Assembly: GCA_944387445.1 (NCBI GenBank)
Contig: CALXEX010000004.1
Location: 689 to 64,688, forward strand
Direction of reading: 5' to 3'
Length of the DNA stretch: 64,000 nt
Source: an uncultured Clostridia bacterium
GTDB taxonomy: Bacteria; Bacillota; Clostridia; TANB77; CAG-508
In this document: positions 1 to 10,318 of the stretch, piece by piece
How the letters are laid out: each line of letters opens with the position of its first letter
Numbering within the stretch: the first letter of the stretch is position 1
Made by a program: the position numbers and the translations under genes
Notes under the pieces: model-generated
The model's input: the letters and a program-made list of their open reading frames with translations, nothing else
What the model was told of the DNA's origin: nothing
The model's database searches: none

Positions 1-706
<706 letters not shown>

Positions 707-727
707 GGAAAAAGTAGGAGGGTGTAT

Positions 728-2257
728 ATGAATTTATTAGATGAAGATGTTTCAAACAATAAAGATACAAAAACAAAAAATATTATAAAAATAATAATTA
801 TATTTATAGTATTAATCTTAATAGCAATTATAGGTATTTTTTCATATATGATGTATTTAGAAGGAACGATTTTAAGAGTATATGTTAACAATCAAGAAAG
901 TGCAGATGTTAAAAATTTATTAAAATTTCAAGAAGATGGAACCATATATGTACCAGTAAGAGCAATCGCTAGCTACCTAGGATATAACAGTTATAATGGT
1001 GAATATAGTAACCGCTCTGAAGACAAGAGCAAATGTTATGTAGAAAGTGAAGAAGAAGTAACAAACCTTACATTAAATTCAAATAAAATATATAAATTAA
1101 ATTTAGAAGAAAATAGCAATAACTATACATATATATATATGGACAAACCAGTAATAGCAATTGAAGGAGAATTGTTTATCACAACTGATGGTATGCAAAA
1201 AGTATTTAATACCACTTTCTCTTATGATCAAGAGAATAATAGAATTACAATTGATACAGTACCATTTCTAATTAGTGCTTATACGAATGCTATTTTAGAT
1301 TATGGATATACGAATGTTAGTGAAAACTTTGAAAATGAAAAAGCAGTTCTTAAAAATATGCTAGTTGTTACAGATGATAAATATTATGGTGTCATCAATA
1401 CAACAGATGGCTCAGAAATTTTAGAATGTAAATATGATAGTATTAAATATCAAGAGGCAACAGGTGATTTTATTGTAAGTAGTGATAACAAATTTGGAAT
1501 TATAGGAACCGATAAACGAACAAAGGTAGATATTAATTATAGTAGTATAGAATTAATGGATTATGATGCAGGGTTATATTTAGTAAGTAGAAACAATCGA
1601 TATGGTGTTGTAGACTTGAGTGGAAATACTGTATTATATGCTGAAAATGATCAAATCGGAGTAGATATATCTAAATTTGAAGAAAATGATTTAAAAACAG
1701 GTTATATTTTGGTAGATTCGTTAATACCTGTTTTGAGAAATAATAAATGGGGATTGTTTGACACAAAAGGAAATCAAGTAGTTGCTTTTGAATATGATAG
1801 TTTTGGATATATTGCAAGTAACAATAGAGAAGCTGAAAACCTATTAGTTATACCAAATTATAATGTAATAGTGGCTTGCCTAAATAATCGATATACATTA
1901 TTAAATGCATCAGGCGAACAACCAATTAGGGCATTTGTAGATGATATCTACATGACAATTAGTGGAGGAGAAAAACATTATCAAATGACTGCAAATGATA
2001 AAACTTATGATGTAGAAGAATATTTAGATAGATTAGGCGTACAACCTACAACAAATAATCAGACAAATACATCAACAAACACGACATCTAACACAACACA
2101 GTCTAATACAACACAATCTAATACTTCAGCAGTAAATGAAGTAACGAGCAATCAAGCAAATAGCGAAACAGTAGAAGAAAATAGTGAACAAAATAGTGAT
2201 ACACAACAAAGTAGTGGGGAAGAACAAAATAGTGAACAACAAGGAAGTGAACAATAA
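728..2257 (+). CDS. membrane-anchored surface protein with WG-type repeats and a Thr/Asn/Ser/Gln-rich tail
   Basis: AGGAGG lies 8 nt before the ATG at 728 (the track start at 722 is GTG). There is one N-terminal TM helix. About five repeats resemble KWGLFDTKGNQVVAFEYDS. The C-terminus is low-complexity (TNTSTNTTSNTTQSNTTQSN). Confidence 0.6.
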   Translation: MNLLDEDVSNNKDTKTKNIIKIIIIFIVLILIAIIGIFSYMMYLEGTILRVYVNNQESADVKNLLKFQEDGTIYVPVRAIASYLGYNSYNGEYSNRSEDKSKCYVESEEEVTNLTLNSNKIYKLNLEENSNNYTYIYMDKPVIAIEGELFITTDGMQKVFNTTFSYDQENNRITIDTVPFLISAYTNAILDYGYTNVSENFENEKAVLKNMLVVTDDKYYGVINTTDGSEILECKYDSIKYQEATGDFIVSSDNKFGIIGTDKRTKVDINYSSIELMDYDAGLYLVSRNNRYGVVDLSGNTVLYAENDQIGVDISKFEENDLKTGYILVDSLIPVLRNNKWGLFDTKGNQVVAFEYDSFGYIASNNREAENLLVIPNYNVIVACLNNRYTLLNASGEQPIRAFVDDIYMTISGGEKHYQMTANDKTYDVEEYLDRLGVQPTTNNQTNTSTNTTSNTTQSNTTQSNTSAVNEVTSNQANSETVEENSEQNSDTQQSSGEEQNSEQQGSEQ

Positions 2258-2262
2258 TACAT

Positions 2263-2309
2263 GAAATAGAGAATATTTACTTAAAATGTAAGTAAATATT
2301 CTCTATTTC
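2263..2309 (+). terminator. 20-bp perfect stem-loop after the WG-repeat gene
   Basis: gaaatagagaatatttactt / aagtaaatattctctatttc with a 7-nt loop. The T-run is only distal, so efficiency is uncertain. Confidence 0.5.
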
Positions 2310-2440
2310 GTAAATAATAAAGTTTTTGAATACTTAAAAGGTTCTTATTTTTGACCAGTCATACTAATAGAAAAAAATACAAAAATAGTATATAAATATA
2401 TAAGGGATAATTTATGTAGAAAACAAGAAAGAGGTATTAA

Positions 2441-3373
2441 GTGAGTAATATACATATTATGAAAAATGGCATCTATTTCCCTAAAAAGCAGATAGAAAAT
2501 GATCAACTAGAGAAAGCCTTGCATTTGGAAAATGGATATATTGAAAAAAGAACAGGAATCAGAAATAGATATTATGCAGTAAATGAAAACATAGAAGATA
2601 TGGCAGTAGAAGCTGTGAAAACACTTTTTCAATCAGAAAAAGAAAAGGAAGATATAGGTCTTATCATAACAGCAACTACAAGTACAGATATACTAATGCC
2701 AGGAATATCTAATTATGTGCAAAAAAAATTGGGACTTTCTCCATGCATATGTTTTGACATATTAGCTGGATGTGGTGGATATGTTAATGCATTTGACATT
2801 GCTAAAGTATATATGGATTCACAAAATATAAAAAAGGCAATGATTATTGGTGTAGATAAATTATCTGGGATTATTGATCAAAAGGATATAGGAACAGCTG
2901 TTGTTTTATCTGACGGTGCTGGAGCAACATTAATAGAGAAAGAAGATTGTGATTATAAAAAACTATATGTATCTCATATTCAAGCAGAAGAAGATAAAAA
3001 TGATATTTTAACATACCGATATGGAAAAAAATTATATATGAATGGAAAAGATGTATATAAATATGCAGTAACAAAAACAGTTGAGAACATAAAGGAACTA
3101 TTAGAAAAGGCTAATATTTCATTGGATGATGTAAAATATATAGTAGCACATCAATCAAATTTAAAAATTATGAAAGCAATTGCAGTAAGATTACAGATAG
3201 AAATGGAAAAAATGTATACAGATATAGAAGAAAGAGGTAATACGTTTTGTGCAAGTATACCGATTGCTTTGTATGATATGCAAAAAAGTGGATTGTTGAA
3301 ATCTGGCGATAAAATTATTTTATTAGGCTATGGTGGTGGATTGAACACAGGTAGTATTTTAATGGAAATATGA
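2441..3373 (+). CDS. fabH: 3-oxoacyl-ACP synthase III
   Basis: Active-site Cys context LAGCGGY, AHQSN and GNTFCASIP motifs. GTG start with AAGAGG upstream. Confidence 0.9.
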   Translation: MSNIHIMKNGIYFPKKQIENDQLEKALHLENGYIEKRTGIRNRYYAVNENIEDMAVEAVKTLFQSEKEKEDIGLIITATTSTDILMPGISNYVQKKLGLSPCICFDILAGCGGYVNAFDIAKVYMDSQNIKKAMIIGVDKLSGIIDQKDIGTAVVLSDGAGATLIEKEDCDYKKLYVSHIQAEEDKNDILTYRYGKKLYMNGKDVYKYAVTKTVENIKELLEKANISLDDVKYIVAHQSNLKIMKAIAVRLQIEMEKMYTDIEERGNTFCASIPIALYDMQKSGLLKSGDKIILLGYGGGLNTGSILMEI

Positions 3374-3420
3374 TAGAGCATAATTGCAATAAATTACATA
3401 AAAGAAAGGATGAAAAAAGA

Positions 3421-4356
3421 ATGAAAAGAGCATTTTTGTTTCCAGGACAAGGCGCACAAGTTGTAGGAATGGGAAAAGATATTTATGAAAAATATGATGA
3501 AGCTAAGAAGATTTATGATGAGGCTTCAAAAATTTCTGGAATTGATGTAAAAAAACTTTGTTTTGAAGGTCCAGAAGAAGAATTAAATAAAACAGAGAAC
3601 ACACAAATTGCTATCTTAACAACAAGTTTAGCAATATTAGAAGTGTTAAAATCAAAAGGAATAGAAGCAGATATTGCAACAGGATTAAGTTTAGGAGAAT
3701 ATGGTGCATTAATTTATGCAGGAATTATCAGTTTTGAAGATGGAATCAAGCTTATTCAAAAAAGAGGCTATTACATGGGAAATCTTCTACCTAATGAAAA
3801 ATTTTCTATGGCAGCCATTATTGGGTTAGATTCAGAAAAAATAGAAGAAGTTTGCAAAGAAATTGCTAAAGAGAATAAATTTATTGTTGTTGCTAACTAT
3901 AATTGTAGTGTACAAACCGTTATATCAGGACAAGAAGATGCAATTGATGAAGCAATGGAAGTGTTAAAAGCACAAGGTGCTAAAAGAGCAATAAAATTAA
4001 ATACAAGTGGACCATTCCACACCATAAAACTAGAAAAAGCAAAAGAAGCATATGAAAAAGAATTGGTAAATATTGATTTTCATCTTGATACAAAGGTTAA
4101 AGTTATAAAAAATATTGATGGTACATATTATACTGAAAATGACAATATAAAAGAAATTTTAGCAAATCATATTATTAGTCCAGTAAGATTTGATAAAGCA
4201 ATTCAATTAATGCAACAAGAACAAGTAGAAGAATATCTAGAAATTGGACCAGGAAGAACTTTAACAGGATTTGTAAAGAAAGACAACAGAGAGGCAAAAA
4301 CATATAATATCAATAATGTAGAAACTTTAGAAAAATATTTAGAAGAACAAGTATAA
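3421..4356 (+). CDS. fabD: malonyl-CoA:ACP transacylase
   Basis: FPGQGAQ and GLSLGEY (GxSxG) motifs. I prefer the internal ATG at 3421 (MKRAFLFPGQG) over the track start at 3370, which overlaps fabH. Confidence 0.9.
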   Translation: MKRAFLFPGQGAQVVGMGKDIYEKYDEAKKIYDEASKISGIDVKKLCFEGPEEELNKTENTQIAILTTSLAILEVLKSKGIEADIATGLSLGEYGALIYAGIISFEDGIKLIQKRGYYMGNLLPNEKFSMAAIIGLDSEKIEEVCKEIAKENKFIVVANYNCSVQTVISGQEDAIDEAMEVLKAQGAKRAIKLNTSGPFHTIKLEKAKEAYEKELVNIDFHLDTKVKVIKNIDGTYYTENDNIKEILANHIISPVRFDKAIQLMQQEQVEEYLEIGPGRTLTGFVKKDNREAKTYNINNVETLEKYLEEQV

Positions 4357-4398
4357 TGTGTGTTCCCTGATATAAAAAAGAGAAAGAAAGGAAGAAAA

Positions 4399-5142
4399 AT
4401 GATGGAAGAAAACAAAACCGTATTTGTAACAGGTGCTTCAAGAGGAATAGGAAAAGAAGTTGCCTTAAAATTTGCAGAGAATGGATATAATGTCGTAATC
4501 AACTATGTGTCAAGTAAAACAAATGTAGAGGAATTAAAGGCTGAATTTGAAAGTAAAGGTGTAAAAGCACTAATTATGCAAGCAGACGTAACAGACAAAG
4601 AAGCAATAGAAGAACTAGTAAAAAAAGCAATAGAAGAATTTGGAGCAATTGATGTTCTAGTGAATAATGCAGGCATTACAAAAGATAATTTATTAATGAG
4701 AATGAGTGAAGAAGAATTTGACAAAGTCATCGAAGTCAACTTAAAAGGAACCTATATTGTTACAAAAGCTGTTACCAAATATATGATGAAAAAAAGAAAA
4801 GGAAGTATTATCAATTTATCATCAGTTGTAGGTGTTGCAGGAAATGCAGGACAATGTAATTATTCAGCATCAAAAGCTGGAATTATTGGATTTACAAAAA
4901 GTGTAGCAAAAGAATTGGCTTCAAGAAATATTAGATCCAATGCAGTTGCACCTGGATTTATAGGAACAGATATGACAGCTGTATTATCAGATGAAGTAAA
5001 AGAAAATATACATAATCAGATACCATTAAAAAGAATGGGAACAGCAAAAGAAGTAGCAAATTTAATCTATTTCTTAGGTTCAGATGAAAGTAGTTATATT
5101 ACTGGTCAAGTGATTAATATAGATGGTGGAATGGTCATGTAA
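4399..5142 (+). CDS. fabG: 3-oxoacyl-ACP reductase (SDR)
   Basis: TGASRGIG, NNAG and YSASKAG (YxxxK) motifs. The ATG at 4399 follows AAAGGAAG. Confidence 0.9.
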   Translation: MMEENKTVFVTGASRGIGKEVALKFAENGYNVVINYVSSKTNVEELKAEFESKGVKALIMQADVTDKEAIEELVKKAIEEFGAIDVLVNNAGITKDNLLMRMSEEEFDKVIEVNLKGTYIVTKAVTKYMMKKRKGSIINLSSVVGVAGNAGQCNYSASKAGIIGFTKSVAKELASRNIRSNAVAPGFIGTDMTAVLSDEVKENIHNQIPLKRMGTAKEVANLIYFLGSDESSYITGQVINIDGGMVM

Positions 5143-5149
5143 ATAGTTA

Positions 5150-5192
5150 TATTTCAAGTATACTATATAAAAAATATAGTATACTTGAAATA
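5150..5192. repeat. 19-bp-arm perfect palindrome in the fabG-fabF spacer
   Basis: tatttcaagtatactatat-aaaaa-atatagtatacttgaaata. Each arm contains the self-complementary octamer AGTATACT. It is followed by an A-run, not a T-run, on the + strand. Confidence 0.8.
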
Positions 5193-5225
5193 AAAAAACA
5201 GTATAAAAAAGAAAGGAAGATAAAA

Positions 5226-6467
5226 ATGGAAAGAAGAGTTGTGATTACAGGGTTAGGTGCTGTAACGCCAATAGGAAATAATACAAAGGATTTTTGGGAA
5301 GGAATTAAAGAAGGAAAATGTGGAATTGATGAAATTACAAGATTTGATACCACAAATTTTAAAGTAAAATTAGCAGCAGAATTAAAAGATTTTAATGCAG
5401 AAGACTATTTTGATAGAAGAGAAGCAAAAAGACTAGATAGATTTTCTCAATATGCTATAGTAGCTTCTAGAGAAGCTTGGAAAGATAGTGGATTAGATAA
5501 AGAAACAGAAAATATGGAAAGAGTAGGCGTTATCATTGGTTCAGGAATTGGTGGAATTGGAACAACAGAGGAAGAACATGAAAAATATATGACAAAAGGA
5601 CCAGATAGAGTTTCTCCAATGTATATCCCAATGGGTATTCCTAATATGGCAACAGGAAATGTAGCTATTGATATTGGAGCAAAAGGAGAATCTATTGCGA
5701 TGGTAACAGCTTGTGCTTCAGGTACACATAGTATTGGAGAAAGTTTTAGAATGATAAAACATGGATATCAAGATGTTGTATTAGCAGGAGGAACAGAGGC
5801 TGGAATTACACCACTTGGTATAGCTGGATTTACAAATATTAAAGCATTATCAAAAGCAGAAGATAAAAATAGAGCAAGTATCCCATTTGATAAAGAAAGA
5901 AGCGGATTTGTTATGGGAGAAGGTGCTGGAGTTATTATTTTAGAAGAATTAGAACATGCTAAAAAAAGAGGCGCTAAAATTTATGCAGAAATGGTTGGGT
6001 ATGGTGCAACATCTGATGCTTATCATATTACATCACCAGCTCCAGGAGGAGAAGGTGGCGCAAGAGCTATGAAAATTGCTATGGAAGAAGCACATGTGAA
6101 CCCAGAAGAAATTACATATGTAAATGCACATGGTACATCAACACATTTAAATGATTCATACGAAACACAAGCAATTAAAACTGCATTAGGAGAAGAAAAT
6201 GCTAAAAAAGTAATGGTAAGCTCAACAAAAGGACATACTGGACATTTATTAGGAGCAGCAGGCGGTGTAGAAGCAATTATATGTGCAAAAGCAATTGAAG
6301 AAGGTTTCGTTCCAGCTACCATTAATTATAAAGTTCCTGATGAAGAGTGTGATCTTGATGTAGTTCCAAATGAAGGAAGAAATGTAGATGTAAAATATGC
6401 AATTTCAAATTCATTGGGATTTGGAGGACACAATAGTAGTATTTTATTGAAAAAGTATGAAGACTAA
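5226..6467 (+). CDS. fabF: 3-oxoacyl-ACP synthase II
   Basis: ACASGT active-site Cys, HGTST and GHLLGAAG motifs. 413 aa. Confidence 0.93.
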   Translation: MERRVVITGLGAVTPIGNNTKDFWEGIKEGKCGIDEITRFDTTNFKVKLAAELKDFNAEDYFDRREAKRLDRFSQYAIVASREAWKDSGLDKETENMERVGVIIGSGIGGIGTTEEEHEKYMTKGPDRVSPMYIPMGIPNMATGNVAIDIGAKGESIAMVTACASGTHSIGESFRMIKHGYQDVVLAGGTEAGITPLGIAGFTNIKALSKAEDKNRASIPFDKERSGFVMGEGAGVIILEELEHAKKRGAKIYAEMVGYGATSDAYHITSPAPGGEGGARAMKIAMEEAHVNPEEITYVNAHGTSTHLNDSYETQAIKTALGEENAKKVMVSSTKGHTGHLLGAAGGVEAIICAKAIEEGFVPATINYKVPDEECDLDVVPNEGRNVDVKYAISNSLGFGGHNSSILLKKYED

Positions 6468-6551
6468 GGAAATGTTTATAATAATTTATGCTTTGTACTT
6501 TTCAATTTAAGAAAAATGATGTAAAATGAAAACAAAAACGGAGGTAGAAAT

Positions 6552-7016
6552 ATGGATTATAAGGAAATAAAAAAATTAATGGATGATATGGGAAATTCTA
6601 AATTAGAAGAATTAGAAATTGAATTTCCAGATGGCGTAAAAATTAGTATGAAAAAAAGTGAAAAAAGAGAAGTGATCGTAGAACCACATGTAATAGAAGC
6701 AGGTGCACCAATATCTGTTCCTGCTGTAAAGCCACAAGAAGAAAAAGGTATGGTTGCAGTAGAAGAGAAAAAGGAAGAAAACTATAAAGTTATTAAATCA
6801 CCAATGGTAGGTACTTTTTATGCAAGTTCATCACCAGATAAAGATCCATATGTAAAAGTTGGAGATAAAATTTCCAAAGGACAAGTGGTATGTATTGTAG
6901 AAGCTATGAAATTAATGAATGAAATTGAATCAGAATTTGACGGCGAAATTGTAGAAATTTGTGTAAAAAATGAAGATGTTGTAGAATATGGTACACCATT
7001 ATTTAAAATTAAATAA
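6552..7016 (+). CDS. accB: biotin carboxyl carrier protein of acetyl-CoA carboxylase
   Basis: Biotinyl-lysine motif EAMKLMNEI in a C-terminal lipoyl-like domain, with a Pro/Glu-rich linker. Confidence 0.9.
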   Translation: MDYKEIKKLMDDMGNSKLEELEIEFPDGVKISMKKSEKREVIVEPHVIEAGAPISVPAVKPQEEKGMVAVEEKKEENYKVIKSPMVGTFYASSSPDKDPYVKVGDKISKGQVVCIVEAMKLMNEIESEFDGEIVEICVKNEDVVEYGTPLFKIK

Positions 7017-7095
7017 GATATGGTATGATATAGATAGCAAAGGTAATATATAATTGTGATATTGTAAAATTAACTATAAATGGAGGTTAAGATAA

Positions 7096-7518
7096 ATGTT
7101 AAATAAAGAGCAAATCAAAGAAATTATTCCTCAAAGAGAACCATTTTTAATGATTGATGAAGTAGAAGAATATATACCAGGGGAAAGTGCTGTTGCTTAT
7201 AAAAATGTAAGTGAAGATGAATATTATTTCAAAGGGCATTTTCCTGGAAATCCAATTATGCCAGGTGTTTTAATTGTAGAATCTTTGGCACAAACTGGTG
7301 CAGTAGCTATTCTTTCTATGGAAGAGAACAAAGGTAGAAATGCGCTTTTTGGCGGAATTGATAAATTAAGATTTAAAAGACAAGTTGTTCCAGGAGATAG
7401 ATTGAAATTAGAAGTAAAAATTATTAAAAGAAAAGGACCTATTGGAATTGGAGAAGCTCTAGCAACTGTTGATGGTAAAGTTGCTGTAAAAGGTGAATTA
7501 ACTTTTGCTGTTGTTTAA
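7096..7518 (+). CDS. fabZ: 3-hydroxyacyl-ACP dehydratase
   Basis: [19 protein letters not shown] hot-dog motif. 140 aa. Confidence 0.92.
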   Translation: MLNKEQIKEIIPQREPFLMIDEVEEYIPGESAVAYKNVSEDEYYFKGHFPGNPIMPGVLIVESLAQTGAVAILSMEENKGRNALFGGIDKLRFKRQVVPGDRLKLEVKIIKRKGPIGIGEALATVDGKVAVKGELTFAVV

Positions 7519-7544
7519 ATTATATGATGATAGGAGAAAATAAA

Positions 7545-8642
7545 ATGGGGGAAATGGAAGTAAAAGAAAGGAAAAAGAAAAAAGGAAAAACCATAATAAA
7601 AATAATATTACTCATCATTTTATTATGGGTATTCGTTTCAATTTATCATCAAATAAAAGAAGATTTTGAAGAGCAAAAAAGAGAAGAAGCGCTTCAAGAG
7701 GAAATTGCAAATCAAAAAGAACAAGAAAAAATTGATGGGTATATAGAGTTAGTTAAAAGTTATGTACAAGAAGAGTATGAAAATTATCAACAGGAGTTTG
7801 TAGTAGAATTTTATAAGAAACAATATCAATCAAATGAGATAGAGATACCAACAACAGATTCAACATGGTATATAGGGGATAATGAAAATATCCAGGAATA
7901 TTTATTTATATACTATCCAATAGAAAATAAAGATATAAAAGGTTGCGTAGCAATTAGATACCCTATAGATGCAGAAGAAGATATTTCTGTAGTTGAATTA
8001 TCTTATGGATATGATGGAATGCAGTTTTTTAGCCCATATGAATATAATATTGAAAATATGGAAAGAAAGCAAAAAGCTAGTGAATACATAAAGCAGTATT
8101 TAGGAGAACAATATGTAGTAGATTTATCTACTGATGCAAGAATATTATATGTAAACACTGAGCAAAATTTTCATGATTTGGTTATACAAGATAGAAATAA
8201 TGAATATAAAAATATTTTAGTGACGATAAATAATTTAGCGAAAGATGAATTGAAATATCAAGAAATTATTATAAAATATCAAGAAAATACTACTTTTATA
8301 AATTCTTGTAATCAAGTTGAGATGAATGATCCAAATGATTCAGAAGCATATAGTTCTTTTGAACAAAAAAATGATATACTGTTTAATAGGGAATGGATAT
8401 TAGAAGAACTAAAAAATATTTTTGAAAATTCAGATTTGAAAATAGGTAATAAATATGATACATATACTTTCAATTATAACTTTATTAATATTAATGCGAA
8501 ATATCAAAAGTACAAGAAAACAGATCTTATACAAAAGATAAAAGAAGTATCTATGAAATATAGTGAAGAAATAAGAGTTAAGTTTAGCGATTATTATATT
8601 ACAATCAAAGACAATGGAGAAATAAAAGAAAGTAAAAATTAG
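7545..8642 (+). CDS. hypothetical membrane-anchored protein
   Basis: Long ORF. AGGAGAA precedes the ATG at 7545 (track start 7524). Lys-rich N-terminus followed by one TM helix. No recognisable domain. Confidence 0.5.
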   Translation: MGEMEVKERKKKKGKTIIKIILLIILLWVFVSIYHQIKEDFEEQKREEALQEEIANQKEQEKIDGYIELVKSYVQEEYENYQQEFVVEFYKKQYQSNEIEIPTTDSTWYIGDNENIQEYLFIYYPIENKDIKGCVAIRYPIDAEEDISVVELSYGYDGMQFFSPYEYNIENMERKQKASEYIKQYLGEQYVVDLSTDARILYVNTEQNFHDLVIQDRNNEYKNILVTINNLAKDELKYQEIIIKYQENTTFINSCNQVEMNDPNDSEAYSSFEQKNDILFNREWILEELKNIFENSDLKIGNKYDTYTFNYNFININAKYQKYKKTDLIQKIKEVSMKYSEEIRVKFSDYYITIKDNGEIKESKN

Positions 8643-8754
8643 AATTTGAATGTAATATTTTAATAAATAAAAAAAATCCTTCCAAAAACTTGTATTTTGA
8701 AATATTATTGATATAATAATATATGGACATAAACAAGAGAAAGGGAGGATTTTT

Positions 8755-9897
8755 ATGTTAAAGAAAGTAGCGATACTAGCAAATGGTGGAGATGTATCAG
8801 GATTTAATGCAGTAATCAGAGCAATCAAAAAAACATGTGAAACAAATGGAATAGAATGCTATGGTTATATTGATGGATACAGAGGTCTTGTAAAAAACAA
8901 TTATATCAGATTAGATGGAAGTGAAATCGCTTCAGGAATATTACCAAAAGGTGGTTCTATTATTGGTTCTTCAACAAATGCTATTGTTTTCCATTACAAA
9001 GTAGAACATGAAGATGGAACAGTAACATACGAAGATTTATCAGATCAATGTGTAAAAAATGTAAAAGAAGCAGGATTTGATTGTGTATTCACATTAGGTG
9101 GAGATAGTACACAAAAATCAGCAAGAGATTTATTCTTAAAAGGAATCAATACAATTGGAGTACCAAAAACAATTGATAATGATGTAGCATGTACAGATAT
9201 TACATTTGGATATAATACAGCTGTACATGTAGCAACTGAAGCGTTAGATAGATTACATACAACGGCAGAAACCCATGATAGAATTATGGTATTAGAAGTT
9301 ATGGGAAGATTTGCAGGTTGGATTGCTTTAGAATCAGCTATTTCTGGAGGGGCAGATGTTGCATTAATTCCAGAAATACCATATGATATTCATAAAGCAG
9401 CAGAAGCAATTAATAAAAGAAAGGAACAAGGAAAGAGATTTAGTGTTGTTGTAGTTTCAGAAGGAGCACATCCAAAAGATGCTGGACAAACCACTCATTC
9501 GGCAGAAGGAATTGATAATAAGGCAGGAATCAGTGTTAAATTTGGAGGAGAAGGTAATCGTGTAGCAAAAGAACTTCAAGAATTAACAGGACTAGAATCA
9601 AGATGTACCATTTTAGGATATATGCAAAGAGGAGGAACACCAACTGCATATGATAGAGTATTATCTACAAAATATGGTGCTAAAGCAGTAGAACTTGCTA
9701 TGGAAGGAAAATTTGGTGTATTAACAGTTATTAAAAATGGCAAACTAGACTGTGTACCATTAGAAGTTGTAGTAGGAGAAAATAAAGAAATTGGAGCAGT
9801 TCAAGGTGGTACAGCAGAAAGCAATGTAAGATATGTAACAATGGATGATGATTTAGTAAAAACTGCAAGAGATATTGGAATTTGTTTAGGAGACTAA
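8755..9897 (+). CDS. pfkA: 6-phosphofructokinase (phosphoryl-donor specificity not resolved)
   Basis: GGDSTQKSA, PKTIDNDV and MGRFAGWIAL motifs. GGGAGG RBS. Confidence 0.85.
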   Translation: MLKKVAILANGGDVSGFNAVIRAIKKTCETNGIECYGYIDGYRGLVKNNYIRLDGSEIASGILPKGGSIIGSSTNAIVFHYKVEHEDGTVTYEDLSDQCVKNVKEAGFDCVFTLGGDSTQKSARDLFLKGINTIGVPKTIDNDVACTDITFGYNTAVHVATEALDRLHTTAETHDRIMVLEVMGRFAGWIALESAISGGADVALIPEIPYDIHKAAEAINKRKEQGKRFSVVVVSEGAHPKDAGQTTHSAEGIDNKAGISVKFGGEGNRVAKELQELTGLESRCTILGYMQRGGTPTAYDRVLSTKYGAKAVELAMEGKFGVLTVIKNGKLDCVPLEVVVGENKEIGAVQGGTAESNVRYVTMDDDLVKTARDIGICLGD

Positions 9898-9922
9898 ATA
9901 GGATTCATAATTAAAATAAGAG

Positions 9923-9963
9923 CAGACTTTAAATAGTAAACATTATTTAAAGTCTGTTTTTTT
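9923..9963 (+). terminator. intrinsic terminator of pfk
   Basis: 13-bp stem cagactttaaata / tatttaaagtctg followed by T7. Confidence 0.8.
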
Positions 9964-10005
9964 GTTGAATAGGAAAAATCGAGTTTTTCCTATTCAACAA
10001 AAAAA
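9957..10005. repeat. palindromic element, copy 1 (T-run, 17-bp stem, TCGAG loop, A-run)
   Basis: ttgttgaataggaaaaa-tcgag-tttttcctattcaacaa, flanked by complementary T and A runs. A related copy lies at 12636-12679. Confidence 0.75.
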
Positions 10006-10045
10006 CAAAATTGCACAGAAAAATTGCTATGCAATTTTTCGCGTC

Positions 10046-10132
10046 GACAAATCTTTACGCTTCTTCGAGAACTTAAATATATATAGTTAAGTTAGAAAAG
10101 TAGAGAAAAGTTCTCGCGAAGCGAGATTTGTC
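10046..10132. repeat. imperfect long-range inverted repeat with relatively G+C-rich arms
   Basis: gacaaatctttacgcttcttcgagaac ... gttctcgcgaagcgagatttgtc, with a 37-nt spacer. Blocks of 9, 6 and 7 nt pair. Confidence 0.6.
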
Positions 10133-10187
10133 CTTATCATTCAGTGTTCAATTTTTATTACATTTATATTACATTTTAAGTATTTTA

Positions 10188-10216
10188 TTGAGATAACAAA
10201 ATATTATTGGTATAAT
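10188..10216 (+). promoter_or_regulatory. sigma-A-type promoter upstream of the 10319 ORF
   Basis: TTGAGA, 17 nt, then TGgTATAAT (extended -10). Confidence 0.55.
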
Positions 10217-10318
10217 TTGGTTATGATAAACATAAGAAACATAACCTTGTTGTATATGAAAAAATTCATATGTGGTTAAGATAAAAATAGATTTTTTCAT
10301 TACAATAAAATATAAAAA

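Noticed and set aside
8430-8828. 132-aa minus-strand ORF spanning the end of the 7545 gene and the start of pfk.
   Set aside because: It overlaps two well-supported plus-strand genes and their RBS and spacer, and has no domain. It is a shadow ORF.
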